64,000 nt of DNA, from IMG/VR virus record IMGVR_UViG_3300045988_098110, positions 14,402-78,401 of that record; one strand, 5' to 3'. Source of the DNA: a virus. The notes below the pieces were generated by a model that saw only the letters and a list, made by a program, of their open reading frames with translations, was not told where the DNA came from and searched no databases. Both the position numbers and the translations under genes were made by a program. This document shows, in pieces, positions 62,764-64,000 of the stretch (within the stretch, counting starts at the first letter, position 1; each line of letters opens with the position of its first letter).

Positions 62764-63191
62764 AGATAGAGGCATTGAAAGAAAAGCTCATGTCGTCCGT
62801 TGACCTTTGGGCAGACGCACAGATTGACGACATGGTAAAAGGGAACCCCATGCTCGCCATCCCATCTGTGTATATAAAGAGGGCGGCCCACAACATCATA
62901 GCCAAGAATAAGGGCAAATGGAGCGAGCAAATAGACAATGCCGCCCTGTTCATAGCTGACGAGAACGGAATTGTTGATGCCGGGACAGTGTTCGATGACA
63001 TGATGCAGATGTTAAAGGCCATCGACGACTACCAGTTTGACATCGGTATTATCCATGGGCATATCGGAGGTGGCATGATAAGCATCGACCTTCCTGACAA
63101 CATCGCTATGACGTTATTGTTCGGGAGCAAGAGAAACATCAATATCACGACGGAAGACTTTGCCGAGCTTAGATCGTTGCTTACGGATTGA
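62760..63191 (+). CDS. hypothetical protein
   Basis: 143 aa with a 4-nt overlap. Confidence 0.5.
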   Translation: MKIEALKEKLMSSVDLWADAQIDDMVKGNPMLAIPSVYIKRAAHNIIAKNKGKWSEQIDNAALFIADENGIVDAGTVFDDMMQMLKAIDDYQFDIGIIHGHIGGGMISIDLPDNIAMTLLFGSKRNINITTEDFAELRSLLTD

Positions 63192-63233
63192 TCGACAAGA
63201 AACCATAAACCTAACAACAAATAACTAACAACC

Positions 63234-63662
63234 ATGAACGAGACGTTAAACAAAGTAATGGCCTGTGACGACATCAATGCCATCAAGAATGTTGTCGCCA
63301 TCATGGCCGAGAGCGCAGAGGAAGGCATGGACGGAAAGTCGCGCCTCTTGATGTTGAAACAGATTCAATCCGAGATTTCCGGTTGCCACTACGACGAGCC
63401 GCTTTCAGGACTTCACCTGTCCCTAATCGGAAGGCTGTGCTCAAAGGAAGTACCAATGCACTACTGGAAGCTGAACAGGTTCCAGGGTGTAACCGTTTAC
63501 GACTGGCTTGTGTTATGGGGCGAGATGGAACGCCGTCACGGAAAGAAGATACGCCAGTGGTTCCCTCGCATCACAGACGAGGAGTATTGCGACAAGCTGT
63601 TTGACGAGTGCAAGGCTTTTCTTGAAAGCGGAGGCGACCCATTCAGAGATCTAAACCCATAA
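63234..63662 (+). CDS. hypothetical protein
   Basis: 142-aa ORF. Confidence 0.5.
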   Translation: MNETLNKVMACDDINAIKNVVAIMAESAEEGMDGKSRLLMLKQIQSEISGCHYDEPLSGLHLSLIGRLCSKEVPMHYWKLNRFQGVTVYDWLVLWGEMERRHGKKIRQWFPRITDEEYCDKLFDECKAFLESGGDPFRDLNP

Positions 63663-63666
63663 ACGC

Positions 63667-63706
63667 AAAAAGGGGCGGCCGCCTGTTACAGACAACCGCC
63701 CCTTTG
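63667..63706. terminator. bidirectional terminator
   Basis: GGGGCGG (63672-78) / CCGCCCC (63696-702) stem flanked by an A-run and a T-run, between convergent genes. Confidence 0.65.
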
Positions 63707-63724
63707 CATGTATATGATTGCTAC

Positions 63725-64000
63725 TTATCTGTTGTCACCACTACCATGGAGCTTTCCTCGCAACTGACGCGAGTGGAGCTTGTCATAGTTCATCTTGGCG
63801 ATGTCTCCGAGCTTATATCCGATGTCGTGCGAGAGGGTTGCGATATACCAAAGAACGTCGCCAACCTCCTTGGCAATTTCCAACTTCTTTTCATCTGTAA
63901 AAACAGAATCGTTATCACGCAACACTTTCTTAACCTTATCGGAAACTTCACCAGCTTCACCTGTCAATCCCAATGTAGGATAAATGATAGGGTTAGGATA
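63725..64000 (-). CDS. mazG: MazG-like nucleotide pyrophosphohydrolase (5' end beyond window)
   Basis: GLTGEAGEVSDKVKK...EIAKEVGDVLWYIATLSHDIGYKLGDIAKMNYDKLHSR is the MazG EExxE / ELGDxLWY signature. The frame stays open to nt 64000. Confidence 0.75.
   Translation of the reverse strand, partial: YPNPIIYPTLGLTGEAGEVSDKVKKVLRDNDSVFTDEKKLEIAKEVGDVLWYIATLSHDIGYKLGDIAKMNYDKLHSRQLRGKLHGSGDNR

Larger units (their letters stand above)
1..64000. mobile_element. Segment of a temperate siphovirus-like phage genome (non-integrated or circular form; probable Bacteroidales host)
   Basis: Complete head, tail and lysis modules, a repressor-attP-integrase module and dense co-oriented small early genes. Repeated TAnnTTTG -7 boxes sit 20-40 nt upstream of starts. 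No housekeeping genes are present. Confidence 0.85.

Noticed and set aside
1-64000. Stop-codon reassignment (as in some gut phages) to explain the ORF-free regions.
   Set aside because: Late genes of 2049 and 2668 aa read through uninterrupted in the standard code. The empty regions have stops of all three kinds in all frames.
1-64000. Prophage/host junctions or flanking host genes.
   Set aside because: The repressor-attP-int region is contiguous, and both window ends lie inside phage-type genes (a hypothetical early gene and MazG). No host sequence is identifiable.

Overview
The window looks like one continuous stretch of a temperate, long-tailed (siphovirus-like) dsDNA phage genome, with no recognisable host flanks. 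Bacteroidales-type signals are present: many TAnnTTTG -7 promoter boxes just upstream of gene starts, and an arm-domain tyrosine integrase.

Layout:
- 1-21.7 kb: minus-strand early/accessory operon. It encodes a RuvC-like resolvase, DUF3310, YopX, two DNA methyltransferases, antirepressors, a serine recombinase, a MutS-domain-I-only protein, an ArdA-like protein and an AAA+ ATPase. It is interrupted at 4.1-6.6 kb by a lysogeny module (LexA/CI-like S24 repressor, attP-like repeat field, tyrosine integrase).
- 21.7-23.5 kb: 1.8 kb with no credible ORF, dense in repeats.
- 23.5-27.8 kb: plus-strand operon containing a third methyltransferase.
- 27.9-40.0 kb: minus-strand morphogenesis operon (scaffold, decoration-position protein, lambda-E-like major capsid, connectors, tail tube candidate, chaperones with a -1 frameshift, 2049-aa tape measure).
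- 40.2-59.3 kb: plus-strand operon (large terminase, portal, 2668-aa collagen-repeat fibre protein, three further fibre proteins, DUF4376-like protein, holin/endolysin/u-spanin).
- 59.5-63.7 kb: small promoter/terminator-bounded cargo genes.
- 63.7-64.0 kb: partial minus-strand MazG-like gene.

Observations most worth a second look:
- Several ORF-free, structured or iteron-bearing regions: 2.47-2.91 kb (with a tRNA-like minihelix), 12.6 kb, 13.6-14.3 kb, 18.7-19.0 kb and 21.7-23.5 kb.
- A stand-alone MutS mismatch-binding domain.
- A sharp GC-content jump inside the giant fibre ORF at about 47.03 kb.
- A C-terminal tag shared by three consecutive fibre genes.

No database search or RNA-folding tool was run. 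All family calls rest on motifs I recognise by eye, and all coordinates of short elements were counted by hand.
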